A model generated the notes under the pieces. It was not told the DNA's origin and did not search any database. It saw nothing but the letters and a program-made list of their open reading frames with translations. From positions 87,793 to 151,792 of the forward strand of contig NW_027192192.1 of NCBI RefSeq assembly GCF_041956535.1: DNA of 64,000 bases. The letters run 5' to 3'. The position numbers and the translations under genes are program-made. The DNA is from Calcarisporiella thermophila CBS 279.70. Lineage: Eukaryota > Fungi > Calcarisporiellomycota. Positions 47,930-61,196 of this stretch are shown piece by piece (the stretch's first letter is position 1; each line of letters opens with the position of its first letter).

Positions 47930-48757
47930 TTATAGGTTCAGGTTCTTGAAGACTCTCACCAAATCGAGCAGGCGCTCTTTTGAAGGCGTGGTCGCTTTGA
48001 CGCTGGGATGGGAGATCACCGTCTGAGCATACGCATTCACGCGCTCATACTCTTTTGTCTCCGGGACGTGGAACCCGACTTCTTGGAGAAGCTGGTATCG
48101 AACAAAGAAGGGGGCGGCGGCAATATCGGCGTAGGTGAATTGGTCGCCTAGGAAATAGGGCCCGTTGGACTGTTTGACGAGGGCGTCGTTGATTTCACGT
48201 AAGCCCTTGAGGAACGCCTCGTGCTCTTTTTCGCCTTTCGAGAAGGCCCGGTAGTAATGGGGGGTGACTTTGTTGTCGAGAAGGGCGACAAAGATACGCG
48301 ACTGGGCGCGCAGGAGAGGGTCCTCGACGAAAACAACTATATCAATCAAGATTGCGTCATTAAGTGTCTATGTTTCACAAGCTGTCTTCACATGAGGACA
48401 CGTCGTCCCCTCGCCTCCCCTACTTACCCCTGGTCCTTCCCGTACTTCTCGAGCAGATATTCGACGATGACGAGCGACTCGATGAGGATCGTGTCGCCCT
48501 CCTTAAGGCTGGGAACTTTCCCCTGCGGATTGATCTTGAAATACCTTATATAGAAGGCAAAGGAAGTTAGTTTCCCTTCCAAGGACACCAGCCTGTGGCT
48601 TCATTCATCCGCGTGCATACCACTCGGGCTTGTTATCAAGGTCAATTTCGAACGTTTCGTCCGGAACAATGCCCAATTCCTTCAGCGTGGTAGCTACGCG
48701 ATGCGCGTAAGGGCAGTTGTCGTGGTTATAGAAGTTGATGGCTGATTTAGGCGACAT
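47930..48757 (-). CDS. Glutathione S-transferase, omega-like class (3 exons)
   Basis: NCPYAHRV active site, DLDNKPEW|YFKINPQGKVP, IESLVIVEYL, GPYFLGDQFTYADIAAAPF. Confidence 0.92.
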
Positions 48758-50685
48758 GGTTTTTGCTTTTTTTTTCGATTCAATTGGAGTTGGATAGGAT
48801 GGAAAACACAGCTAATCATGCTCGCCCTCTTTATAGTCTCCTCTTCACAGATTGAAACGACGCGACCTGTGAGGAGGATTGGATCACCAATTTGTCATCG
48901 AATTGGATTTCTAAGCTCCCCATCCTCTTTAGTCATTCCTCGATTCCTAATACGAGCCCGCATTTCAAATAGCCAAATTGTTCCATCACCTCAATCCTAG
49001 CCCTGATACCATAAGATTCTCTCCAAGGTCAGCGCATCAAGGCCCCGAGAAGAGCCTTGATGCGTTGGCGCCTCTCAATCTTTCTTCCACCAAGTTCAAC
49101 CCTAGCTTTAAGCTATGCCGTGTTAAGCAAACAAATTAGCCAGTTGGGATGCATTTCTTGTCTCCAGGGACTGAGCCGTCGCTGTCCTCTTGTGCTCGGC
49201 TTGCAGCAAGCTAAAACGCCATTTTCACACGAAGGAAGGGGAGCTTTTATTGCTGGAAAGCGGCCACGGCCGACATGGATCCATCGCCTATTTGCCCCCC
49301 TCCCCAGTTGACCCCAACTTTGACCAAATTTATTCTAGAACGAGCCTTATTTTGTAAATTAGTTTGCCTCACATTGTTGTTTTCGAATCATGTAGATAAA
49401 CAAACATACAGAGTTCGGTTCACGATCACAGTGAGGTCTAGCGGCTCTACTCTCCAACGCTTGACGTTGCTAGATCCTCGGATTATAGTATAAGCAAGGA
49501 AGAACAAAAAAAAAATAAATGACGCGATCTCTTTATGTATATAGAAAGGGCGATTCAGATTCCGCTCATTGTTTATGTACGAGCGGGGGAGGACAAGCGG
49601 TCTATTTTTCCGCTGAGATGATCGTCAGCTAATAACTTTGCGGGAATTTCTGCCCTATTTCCACAGTATAGCCTGGCACCAGTGATAGGCACCGTCACCC
49701 GATAACAAGGCCCAGCTGAGCCGACAATAGGTAAAGAAGCTGATAAATCGCGCTAGCCATTGTCCCGCTGCGCTCCAATCACGGCCGGCGGCGGTTCGGC
49801 TAGCGATATGCACGCGCAGTTAGCGATCAACCACAGGCGACGATGGGGGTTGAGATGGAGATGGAGCAGGGAGGGGAAACGAGGGTCTCAAGAGTGCGAA
49901 TCATCTCGCCTGAGAGTCGCACGCTTCTCCAGCGCCGGGCACACTCGAGATAGGCCCGGGGCCGCCCATTGGCTGGGTCGGATTAGACGAGTCATCGCGC
50001 AAGAAGGTGCGCCTAAGAGCCGAGATCTAGATGCAAAGCCGATGCCAGGTTTTGGGTTATTGTTCCCGTGCAGGGGGTGGGGCTTTGGCGGCCCACACTG
50101 GCCCGCCCTCATGCGGCGGGCCAAGAGGAAGGAGAAGTCAAAGCAGGCGCGGCGAATACGGGCGAGCCAGTTTGTTTTCGCGTTGTGTATTGTTTTGATC
50201 GCTGCATGTCCCACAACGGCAAAATTTAGAGTTGTAATCTAACGGCCCGATTTCTTCTCACCCTTCATCTCCATAACTCCATATTTGTTCGACTTGTTTG
50301 TTATAACTGAAAGCTCGTTTTTTTTTAATCATATAACTGCGATTACCTGATGCTTGTCCTCCTCCTTCTTCTCTATCCGACTGCTTTTCTATCGCGCATC
50401 CTTTTCCTACTCCTCGGTACTCTGCCTTCTTCTCGCCCCCCCCCATCCCTCCCCCTCCGGCCCTCTCCTACTCTCCCTCATCTCTCTCCCGTACTTCCTA
50501 CTAACTGCGATATTCCGCATCCAAGTTCATTCTTTTTGCGTTCTCCTGCGTATTTTCCTCCTTTCCCTCCGAGCTCTTCCACTGGCAGAAGGCAACAAAA
50601 GAAAGACCGCGGATGCACATTAATTCAATTCAATCTAATAGACGCCCTTAGCATAATCCATCCCCCTTTTTTGAGAGAAAATAAA

Positions 50686-52166
50686 ATGAACCGAGGCAAT
50701 ATCCCACTCTTGATTCAGCAGGTGATCGAGGAGCGTACCGCAACCCTTATCACTTCACGGCCGCCTGCGCTGGTCGCGGCGGAAGAGACGGATGGCTTCC
50801 ACAAGGCGACCACCACACCGGCCCCTGCTGCTTCGCCGCAACTCAACCCGCAGGCTATTTCCAACCTGAACTGGTGGCTGTCGTTCGACCCTTCCATCCG
50901 GTATCAGGAGGACACGCAGCCGGTCCCGCCCCCGCCGCCACCCCCGCTTCTGCATGTGTACAGTGTGCCCGAATTGTGTGAGGACGACGACGACGACGAG
51001 GAGGAGGAGAGCGAGGCCTATTATGAAGACGAGAATGAGGACTCGGCGGAGGATTCAGATGATGCGTCCGAGTGGGACGCCGACAGCCAGACGGACCCCT
51101 ACATGTTTGAATCCCCCATCGGCTCGGGGGAAGGAAACCGCCTGGGAGAGTTGGCGGAGCCTGTGCCTTCCCTTGTGCCGGTGCGGATGGTTCCCCCCGA
51201 CCACGTCTACTCGTTCGATACCCTCGACTCTGTCTTATTCTCCGACACCGGTGACAACGACCACGACCAACAGCCTGACCAGATTGACTTGAGCAAGCAG
51301 CCCGTGCCGGAAGTTGAGCGTCGCCCCTCTCTGTTATCGAAGTTGCTGGGCAGTGGCTCAAGCAACATCTTAGACGCGCAACCGTCAGGCGCACAGCGGG
51401 CGGCCACAAGGGAGCGCGCGCTCTCCATTGACACATCCAGTCTAGAGTCGTATGTTGGACGCGGGGTCCTTGAGGATCTGATGCAAAGACCTTCCAATCC
51501 GACTCCTGAGGATCAGACCCTTGTCTCCTTGTCCAAATACTTTGGCGGCGAAGAGGAGGGATGCTCGGGGCTGCCTCCTAAGGGCACCCCGCTATCCTCT
51601 TCGACGGGTCTTGCCCGTGGCTGCAGCGGCGAGAAGGACAGCCAGGCACCATGGGAGGGCCCATCCTCCCAAAAAGCGGCCGGGTCTTGCCGGGAGACCG
51701 TGAAGCTATTACTCGGAAAAGCTAAGGAGAAGGCGTCCGAAATGGAAGTGACCAAGTCCCACTGGAAGGTGAGTCGTCCTGTGACTTGGCTTTACAAAGC
51801 TCGCCTCTATTTTGTTTGCTAACCCTTTGTGTCTTCATTGCTTAGCCGGACGATCAAGCTTCCTGCTGTCACTTCTGCTATCGCCTGTTCACCCTCACCC
51901 GCCGCCGCCATCACTGTCGGATTTGCGGCGAAGTCTTCTGCTCGCCTTGCTCCTCGGGCATGACACGCTTGGACGCCAACGGCATTCCCGACCCGTCGGG
52001 CAACGCCCCCTACTTCGGTCGCGTCTGTATCAACTGCCACCACCGGTACAAGCTTGGCGACGACGAGTGGGGGCGTTACGGCTGGGCCATGACAGTGCTG
52101 CGCTACGGCCAGCGCGCATTGGCATGGGGGGCTAAGCGAAATTGGCCGGGTTTTGTGCTGGTGTGA
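50686..52166 (+). CDS. FYVE zinc-finger protein with a long acidic, disordered N-terminus; intron 51769-51845
   Basis: Splicing gives KSHWK|PDDQASCCHFCYRLFTLTRRRHHCRICGEVFCSPCS...RVCINC, which contains the WxxD, RRHHCR and RVC FYVE signatures. Confidence 0.88.
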
Positions 52167-53067
52167 AACTCTAATTTGTTTATTATCTGTTACTATTTTC
52201 CTGAATTTCTATTTTCGAGATCCGTGGATCCAGTATTTATACGCGTGCTGTTTTCTTTTTCCTTTTGCCATTGCTGTTGAGTTGCTTTTTCGTTTGCATT
52301 CCTAGTTATTCTTAATTTGCGCAACCGTGTTCTAATATTCTTATGTCTATATTTTATAATTTTAGGTATACTTCATCTTCCCCTTCCTCCCCCTCCTCAT
52401 AGTGTTCTATTTCCTATCATCAATGTCATGGATTTGCTTTTTTTTTTTCCTTTGTTTTATCTCGTTGCACCACTGAATATACCAAATAAAGAGTAGAGCT
52501 TGAACCACCACGGCCTGCGCGTCGGGGACAGGATTGAGGGGAGGGGGAAAGCTCCTTGGGCGAAGCGCAATAGACACCTGTCTTCCGGTTTTCCAAAGTC
52601 CGAGCCTAGATGGTGTTTTCGTATGACAAAGAGCTGCAATGGTCGGAGTAAAAACAAGACAATTCAGGAGCAGGAAGGTGCTATTTTAAATCTACGTGAG
52701 AGTTGCAAACAGGAGACAAGGGCAAAAGCAAATCCCTCTTTTTTGTTTTTCCTCCATTTCTTCCCTCCAACTAAACCAACTACGTCATCGCTGTGTTAGG
52801 ATTTCTCCATCCCAACTGGGTAGTTGGAGAGAGAACTCAAGCTTACCGATTCTTTTTTTTTTTTTCCCTCTTTCCTCCTCCTCTTCCCATTTCTTGTCGT
52901 AGAGATACTTGCTTTTCTTCCCCCCTCCACAGTTTATTGATCGGCCATTCGTGGATACCATCGCTGTACATTTGATTCTGTATTTGGAAAGTTGATTGCG
53001 GTTTTTTTTTTCTTTGTTCCCGCTTCTCAATCTTTCGTCCTCTTTTGCTGTCCCTCTCCCAATTGAT

Positions 53068-54237
53068 ATGTCGTTTCTGGATCAGCAACCCAGCCATCCG
53101 GCATCCAGCTCCGCCAAGGAGCCACTGCGACTCACCCACCCCACACCCTTCCACGTCCAACAATCCCTGCTTCGACAGGAGAAAGAGAAGATCGAGGAGG
53201 AAGATGATACATTTTCTTCGGTGGATCTCACCATGCACTCCCTCTCTCAATTCCACAACTATCCGCTGAACGACTCGTCGATTTCCGGCAATGGGGTTGG
53301 GGATGGGTTTGCGGGGGTCGATCCATCGCTGATGTCGCCCCTCTCCGCCACCCCCATTGGCTCGCCCTCCATTAGTCACATGGAGACTACCTCTCCCTAC
53401 GGCCGATCTCCAGTCAACAATACACTCTACTCGCCCACCGCGGGCGGCGCCGACTTGGGCGGAGATCTCGCGATGGATCCATCTCATTTCGGCGGGATGA
53501 CATTTACTCGTTCGCTGCGACGGCCCACCATGGCATCGACCGCAGGCGGCGAAATAGTGGGAAGCCCCCCGATGTTCCACAGCATGTCTATGCCATCGCA
53601 CGGACCGGGCGGAGGTTGGCTAGGTGGTTCGAGCTTCCAAGAGCACGATGCATTCCCCGGCTCCCATCCGAGCTCATTCGAATTGCGGAGCGGCGGCGCC
53701 GCCATGCTGGCCAATATGGGGGATTCGGACGACCCAGAGAATCAGAAACAGTGAGTATTCAAACGAGTGACTGGAGCATGGTTTGAGGAAGCACGACGGA
53801 CGTTAACTATTCCTTTACCATAGAGCTCAAATTGTATTTGAGAAGAGAAGGCGTAGGCGCGAATCACACAATGCAGGTAATCCTCCGTTTCCGCTCGATC
53901 GACCTTTATGGGGGGCTGTTTCGTAGGATCCTGTGTATTGACCCTCCATTTATTGACTCTTATAGTCGAGAGACGCAGAAGAGATAACATCAATGAGAAG
54001 ATCCAGGAGCTGTCTTCGCTTTTACCAGAGAACTTTCTGGATGGAAAGCCGAACAAGGGCATCATCCTCAAGAAGTCGGTGGACTACATCAAGACCTTGC
54101 AGATGCAGCTCCAGAAGCAGGCCGCGCGCAATCGGGAGCTGGAGGCGATGATGCGGCAGTATCAGAATAATTTCAGTATCAATGACCGGAATCCCAACTC
54201 GGAGGACGGGTGGGGCGCGGGTGCGTCGGGGAGCTAG
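53068..54237 (+). CDS. bHLH-leucine zipper transcription factor, Rtg3/MiT-TFE-like (3 exons)
   Basis: Spliced [12 protein letters not shown]|[21 protein letters not shown]...[33 protein letters not shown]. Confidence 0.9.
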
Positions 54238-55125
54238 TCGACCTGATGGACGGAATGTTTGCCTCGATTGTTTTTGCCTCTTAATTTTTCTTCTTCTTTT
54301 TATATCTTTGGGTTTTTCGTATTTTTAGCTCTCTTTCTGCTGTTTTCTTTTCTTTTTTTTTTTTAATTCTGATTCCCAACCCCTACCTCTTCCCCCCATT
54401 CAACCTACCTTTTTTTTTTTTTCTCCCTCACATTTCCTTTTTTTTTTTTGCTATCCAAGTTCACCATAATTATTTGCTTTCCACCATGTAGATATAGGTT
54501 TCTCTTATTTTTTTTTTCCTTTCTTTTATTGTTCTCGAAGCGATATCTTGCCAGCGTGTAGATATAAGTTTTACCATGTCTTATTTTTAATTGTTTTGGA
54601 AACATAGCGTCTTTAACCATGGAAAATGTCATGGACCCATGAGGTAAATGGATTCGCATTCATGTTGAAGCCTTTTTAAACTATCCTGCTACCTATGCCT
54701 CCTGATGCAAAATGATAAGGCGGGACCTATGGATGATAAAGAAAATAAACTTCACGTGAAGGTCGAGCGTTCCTGAGGCATGTGACGAGATGGCCTTCAT
54801 GCTCACCCTCTTTCTAGTAGGGAGGAAAAACTGTCAAAACTCTAGCAAGTGTATGCAATGCGTACGGTCTGTTTGCACTCTAGGGGCGCATTTTGTTTGG
54901 GTGAACTCAAAGATTTTGACTTCCATCGCTTCTCGACAGCCCTGGTTCAGCAAATTGCTAGACTGATTTGCTCTAGGAAAATGGTGTCGTCAAAATAGGC
55001 GGTATTTACTCAACTGCACCTTTGTCTCAAGCAAGCATCTAATTTTTATTTAATATCTACTTGAAAGGGAAAGGAAGAGGGGAAAGAGAAGGGGATGGGA
55101 GGAGGGGGAAGTGTCCATACTCGAG

Positions 55126-55698
55126 TCAGCGTGAGGAGGCCCCGACGTTATACGTGACTTGTGCATTGGCTCGGTTGGCGAGGGCCAGGCGATGCAGCTG
55201 ATTCTTCTTATCCAACGCTCCACTCGCACCATTGATGACGGCCAAGATCTCGGAGCTCAGCCGTGTGCTGAAATCCTTCTCGGGGCGTTTTGCGGCGGCC
55301 TCCAGCAGCCACACAATGGCCTTCCGTCTCCTTTGGCGTTCTCGAAGCGGGCGTGGGGCCTGCACCACCTTGGAGCCCTTGCGGGTTGCGCTCATGGCCA
55401 CCATGGGGCTAGCCAGCTCGATGGCTTCGCAAAGGATGGTATAGGGATCGGCATTCGTGCGCCGGCGGACCTCCAGCAGAGCCTGGGCGACCAGGCGCTC
55501 GGCTCGTGCCTTCTTGCCATCCTTCATTATGGTATTTACGAGCTGGGAGAGAAGCGGATCATCGCGCAACGGCTTCTGCGTGTCGGGGGCGATGAGTTGT
55601 GAAGAGGGGAGGATGGAGAGGGACTGGGACGCGGGGGTAGTATGCAGCGGTCGTGCGAAGATGCGTGATGTGAGCGGCAGCAATCTTGAGAGGAACAT
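55126..55698 (-). CDS. RSM7: Mitochondrial ribosomal protein uS7m
   Basis: Arg/Ser/Leu-rich presequence; DPLLSQLVNTIMKDGKKARAE...P.PLRERQRRRKAIVWL...KKNQLHRLALANRA. Confidence 0.93.
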   Translation of the reverse strand: MFLSRLLPLTSRIFARPLHTTPASQSLSILPSSQLIAPDTQKPLRDDPLLSQLVNTIMKDGKKARAERLVAQALLEVRRRTNADPYTILCEAIELASPMVAMSATRKGSKVVQAPRPLRERQRRRKAIVWLLEAAAKRPEKDFSTRLSSEILAVINGASGALDKKNQLHRLALANRANAQVTYNVGASSR

Positions 55699-58502
55699 GG
55701 TTGGAAGTGATCAAATCAAAGGAGCTCCGTGCTTCTCTGGACTCTCTACCCCGTCAAGTTATGGAAGCTATGTGGCGCAGCTGTAAATAAATAAAATCCA
55801 GAGTGTATGCGAACGCGGCCAGTGACCGATTTAGAAAAAGAAGCGATATTTTCTTCGGTTTTCAAGAAATCTCTCTTTACACATCATAGATACCTTTAAA
55901 AAAGAGGGGAAAAAAAGAAAATATAGGGAGTAGCTAGGAGAAGGAGCTGTGCGTACAATTTCTTGGGCGCGTTTTTACTATAGATCGTTTCGTAACCATG
56001 GATAAGCGGTCTGCACCCCCAAGTGCACATAACTGAATGAATGCATGCTTGAGTTTATCGGCTGGATCTATGCGTCACTATGGCTATTACAGACTCGCTT
56101 GGACCCTATCAATGAGGTGGAGCGGGTTGCCCTGATGGACGGCCATGCTTGTTTAGCTCCCACTTCATCAGTGCCATTATGTAAATTATGCAGAGGAAGA
56201 GCAATGCTGTCCTCGTAATTCTAGAGGAAGAGTGAGGCTGGCTTTTTTCGATGATGCAAGGAAAACCTTGTGTATTTACGTTTCTTCTAGAATTGGGTCT
56301 CGGCTGCTTCGCGTTGCAACCGATCCTACACAATGAAAACACGTTTCTCGTTTCTAACGCATACAGCTTGCCAGCGGGAAATCTCAAGTGAGCTGGTGCA
56401 TCTTCTCTTGTCCAGATATTACTCGAAGGCAGCTCCACCAGCTTCACGCTTTTTCATATATGCGTGGATACAATAACAGGATAAAGGCAGGGGCATGAAA
56501 GACGGTTTGTTTTATTCCCCCCTCTCCCCCCTAGGATCTTCTTTTTTTGATGGCTGCCTTGCCCCTGACCCACACGATAGAGTCGAAGGAAGAGCGGGGT
56601 GGACCGCCTCGTCCGCTAGCCCGATTTTCCTAGGGAGGAGGCCTCCCGGTGCTACACAACTATGTCAACTTTCTTTAGGTGGCACTATGACTCATCCAAC
56701 GGGGCATCGGGGTAGGAGAAGAGCGCAGCTGTCAGAGACGCCAATCGGAGGGGATGATGTCAGGCGATGAGTGGAGCTGGCGAACGTGAGAAGGACGAAA
56801 AAAAAAACGAGACGTCTTTCGAGGCGAGCGCACCTCGATGGCACTCCAATTGAGCTGCGCGAAGAACCAAGAGATGACCCGTATTTAAAAAACCTTGTGT
56901 TATTCTGCCGCAAATCTTCTCGCCTCATCTCACCTCATGCTTGTTTCCCCCCGCCCGACGACCGGTTCCTGCGAGCAAGCAATGCCGCCCCGAGTGAGAG
57001 GGGGGGGGGACCGGCTGCCTTTCACCTTTCTGCATGATTGTCCTGCCAACGGGCCGCGTTCCCCTGGATGGTTCACTCTCAGGCCCTCACGTGTGAGTTG
57101 TTGTGAAAGAGAAAGAATACGGCTGATTTCCAAAAACAACCTGCCGCGAACCTTTTTTTTAATGAAACCATATTAGATAAGAAAGGTTTCTCCGGCAGGC
57201 TGCCGCTGCCCGGACAAGGACTCGCGTCCTGAAACAAGGAGGGCCAGCAGAAGCGACTTTGTGCTCGCTGTTCACTAAAGAGAAGAACAGCCATCTCCCC
57301 CAGAGGGCTTGCTTGAACGCCGCAGCCAGAAAGGTTTGCTGATTCAGCAAGGTTCTGCGTGGCGACTAGACACGCCGCAAAGCATGCGTAGGCTAAGGCG
57401 GGATAAAATTTAATTAAATATTTCCTAAATGACGCAGCGCGCTATGCTCCTCCGGCCTCCATCACGTGAAGAGGTCGAACCATCGACTCTTGGGCGGTCT
57501 ACGCAGAGCGGGTGGATGCAAGGGGTAGAGAGTCGAGAGCCATGCTCTCGACGCTTCCCTTGTCATGGTTGGCAGAGTGATCCTTACATGGAAAGCGCTT
57601 TTTTTTCCTTAGACACTCCCCTTCAAGATCCGCTCGATTGTGCACACCCAGCTTTGCGTGGAGCTCAGCACGCTCCAGAGCCGGTTATGCAAGGACAGCT
57701 TCCTCGCTTTGATATTATATTGGATGGAGTTACAAGCGCGTGCCTTGTGCATTCCACAGGAAAGGCGGGACTTCTATTATTCTGTCTGTGAAGCGGCAGC
57801 CTATCATTTTTCCTTAAAGCTAGACCATTCATCCGTGACCCTCCCTCCCGCTTTATTGTCCATGTTATTGCCCAGTGAAGGAGTGCAGGGCGATGTTTAT
57901 TTGCATGGATTTGATAAAGTTTGATACTGTTAAGGAACGCTAGACCAGCAGGCACTGGTCGACACCAAGTATGGGAGGGAGGAGGAGGGGAGCAACATGG
58001 CCGCTATCTCAAGGTGGAGGAGTCCTAATGTTCGGTGAATGTCATTGTGAATGCTTGCGATTTGAAATCAGATGAGCACCCCGGCAGATCGGGATTGGGT
58101 TGCCGAGGTTGACTCCCGTGCAAACGAGCGATAGAGATGAGAGAGGGCGGCCGGGGCCGCTTTCCATGGCCGTGCCAGATACCACATGACAGAGTTTATG
58201 AAGAGACAACAAAGCTGCGCATGATTTTTCTCACATTATTAATATGGCTTCTACTGAAGAAATCGAGAGACGAAGAACAACATGATGGGTACTCTATGGA
58301 AGAAAAGAATAAATACACCAGACAGAGAACATGAGGGTATAGCAGGAGTTATATATATAGCAATACGTGAGTGGTATAATAATGAGATGGGAAGGGGGAA
58401 GGGGGAGGAGAGTGCAGGAGGATTGCGGGAACGAGGGCGAGGATGTCCATTTTATTTTTCGGGGGCTGAGTGCTCACAGAGCCGAGTTTTGGTTCGCCAC
58501 GG

Positions 58503-58625
58503 TCACTTGCAACGATGGGCGCGGCAGCCGTCGCTGCGTTGGCGGATGAGATGAATGGTGGCGTGGTGGTAGCGCAAGTCGCCCGGACTCGAGAAAGTGG
58601 CCCCGCAGTATTCGCACCTCCACAT
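58503..58625 (-). CDS. 40-aa microprotein consisting of a single C2H2 zinc finger
   Basis: MWRCEYCGATFSSPGDLRYHHATIHLIRQRSDGCRAHRCK* matches C-x2-C-x3-F-x5-L-x2-H-x4-H. A at -3 (acaATG); TATATAA ~190 nt upstream. Confidence 0.72.
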   Translation of the reverse strand: MWRCEYCGATFSSPGDLRYHHATIHLIRQRSDGCRAHRCK

Positions 58626-58816
58626 TGTATTGGATGGGTATCGTATGGAATGGGATGATAGGGGTATGGGCTATAGCACGGGGGGAGGGGGAGGGGGAGA
58701 GGGGGACGGGGATGGGCGTGAGGGGTAGCGCGCGCGCAAGCGAGGCTTGGTAGAGGAGAAAGGGGGGGGGGGAGGGAAACAGAGTGAAGTGGAGTGGCCG
58801 ACGGCACCACCTACCC

Positions 58817-58823
58817 TTATATA
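58817..58823 (-). promoter_or_regulatory. TATA box upstream of the C2H2 microprotein ORF
   Basis: TATATAA on the minus strand, followed by a pyrimidine-rich leader with no ATG before 58625. Confidence 0.55.
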
Positions 58824-61196
58824 CAAATAAACTGAGTTTGAGTTTCAACGCGACCAAGGCATTTCCCCAAAAAAAGTCTGTGTGTCTCGGGGTTGCAGGA
58901 GAGAGTTGCGGTGATCGTATATGGAATAGAAAACAACCCGCAGGAATGATTGATGGATCATGTTGGAAAAAAAAAATACGTTCGGAGAAGCAGGCTCCAC
59001 GTGTTTGACAGATTGATTGCACAATTGATAGGATTAAATGTCCACAAGAAATACACGCGACCACTGCCATCGCGTACCTTGTTGGCTCCGGCCGGGCTGC
59101 AAGCCCAAATGGGAGCTAAAAAAAAAGCAGCTCATCCGCCGTGCGATGCTAAAAGATTTGCCGGCAGGTTACTCTACAGCATAGAGTCATGGTGGGGGGG
59201 AAACCGTGGCTCAGGCCGCCGCGATGACAACGAGGGCGAGGGGCGGGGGGAGCTGAGTCTGTGTGGGGCGGTAAGAGTTTGAATACAATAAACACACGGA
59301 AATTGGTAGTATGGCGAAGGAAGCGGTGTATGAATCGGTGAGGAGAAGGCTCCTGCGTGAATAATTGGGGATGATATCATCCTGGTGCTTGTACCACGAC
59401 GCCTTCGAAAATGTGGCAGCTTCGATATTAGCACTACATAACGCGTATAGAATCATTATTTGTCAGGAGAAATCTAAGCTCTCCAAGATCTTAGTTACTA
59501 TTTTCCTGCTTCGTGGCATGGACAACGTAAGCCCCTCGCCGCATTATACAGCTCTATAGAACCACATGTCAACCCTAAACTGCGCGCGAGGAGGGGGAGG
59601 CAAAGAAAGGTTAAGTTTTCCCCCCTCTTCCCCCCATGGGAGCCACTCAAGCCCGAGTCGAGCGGGCGTTGATTGCTCGGAAAATAGGTTTGATTGTCTT
59701 ATTAATGCGAGCGGGCTTATGAGCCTACGGGGGGGACTGGGCCGCGAGGTTTGTGGATGGCTTGTCGCCAGGGCTTTCTATTTCAGAAATGGCGCGGTGG
59801 ACTTTTTTTATTACTTTTCGGGGGGGGAATAAAGGTTATTCCCGTTAAGATTGCCTGGATGTAGAACAGAGGAGGGGGTGGTGAAATGAAAACGTCTTGC
59901 ACGATGCCGATTGCGGCCGCCCTCTCCTTGTGTCCACTTGCAAGGTTAGATTGGCTTGAGCCGCTGAGTACGTGGCCACGCGCTCGTCTCCCAGGCGGCA
60001 TGGGAGAACGAAAAAAGCACAAGCCCCAATCTGCCTTTCCTCGCCCTTCCACGCCCCTCTGCCCCCCCCCCCCCCGGCAGCGGCTGTCGGTAGCAAGGAG
60101 TTACAGTCGGTTGCCACGGGATTGGAGGTAAGCGCTGATTGCTTCGAGGCTTCCGCTCGCGCGAAGTTGTGTTCAAACCTTAACCGAAAAGCCGAGCATC
60201 TCCCTCGCTCCCGCCCTCTCCCCTCGCTCCCCTCTAGGCGACCTCGATACAAAGGGGCCGAATGAACGCTTGCTGCCTATTTCGGGTGCCACGTTATGTG
60301 AAAGCCGACGCTGGCGGCCACGGACCGATTTACCCTGGGGGGCAGTGTGAAATTTAAATGCGATTATTCACGAGTAATATAGGAGATTTTGCTTCTCGAG
60401 CAAGCATCTGGAATCCAGGGGGTCACGGTGGAAAAAAAAGAAAATGCATGCAGTGCCGAAAGATACCAGAGAACAAAACAGGACAGAGCAACATTAAAAA
60501 GATATAAATCCCAATATTCCCTCACCCAACCAGCCTCCTCAAACTTTTCCTCCCTCCATTGAGTCATCTCCGGCCATAGTTCCGAGAGCTGTGCTTGGCT
60601 GAGCAGAGCAGGCCTCCAAATTTTAAAGAGAAATGAAGCCCAAGGAGTAGGGCCGAAAAAGCGAAAATGGGCTTGTACGGTTTAGGGTTCTCCAAGCCCA
60701 AGCACGGAAAGGGAGGGGAGGGAAGAGATCTATAGAACAAATAGAAGATTTTCGCTGGTGTCCGAGGGGAGGAAAGCTAGTGGAGGACGGCGCTTGCTTC
60801 GGCTTTTGAAAACGGAAGCAAAGGGGACCCTTGTTTCGCTTTGCTGGGATACAGCTTGTTTACGGATCTCCAGATGTTTGGATACAAGAAAGTAGGTTTG
60901 CGAATTATTCGGAGAGTCCGGCTATAAACATCAAGCACGTTGCTGGCTGAGTCAGAAAATGGGGCAAAGTATATTCTGGATAAACAAAAGAGAAGAAAAC
61001 AAAAATAACATGGAACACGAAGGAAAAGATTAAAGGACATGTGGAGGAAACAAAAAATAAAATAAACATTAAAGAGCTGGGAATAGACAGAAATAAAAAC
61101 TTTTTATATACCGTGACAGGGTCTTGCGGAGATTAAATCGTAATCATGTATATATTTCGACTTTATATATAAAAATAGTGGAGGAGGGTAAGGGGC

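Noticed and set aside
47930-48757. GST omega as a definite member of the copper cluster
   Set aside because: Adjacency only; it is convergently oriented and has no copper-specific feature, so membership is left as possible.
50350-50685. N-terminal 112 aa of the 490-aa ORF
   Set aside because: Translation of a pyrimidine-rich leader; ATG 50686 has the better context (aaaATG).
55800-61190. Numerous 60-200 aa ORFs in the long intergenic region
   Set aside because: They derive from GA/G-rich low-complexity tracts and lack domain signatures; only the 40-aa C2H2 ORF is supported.
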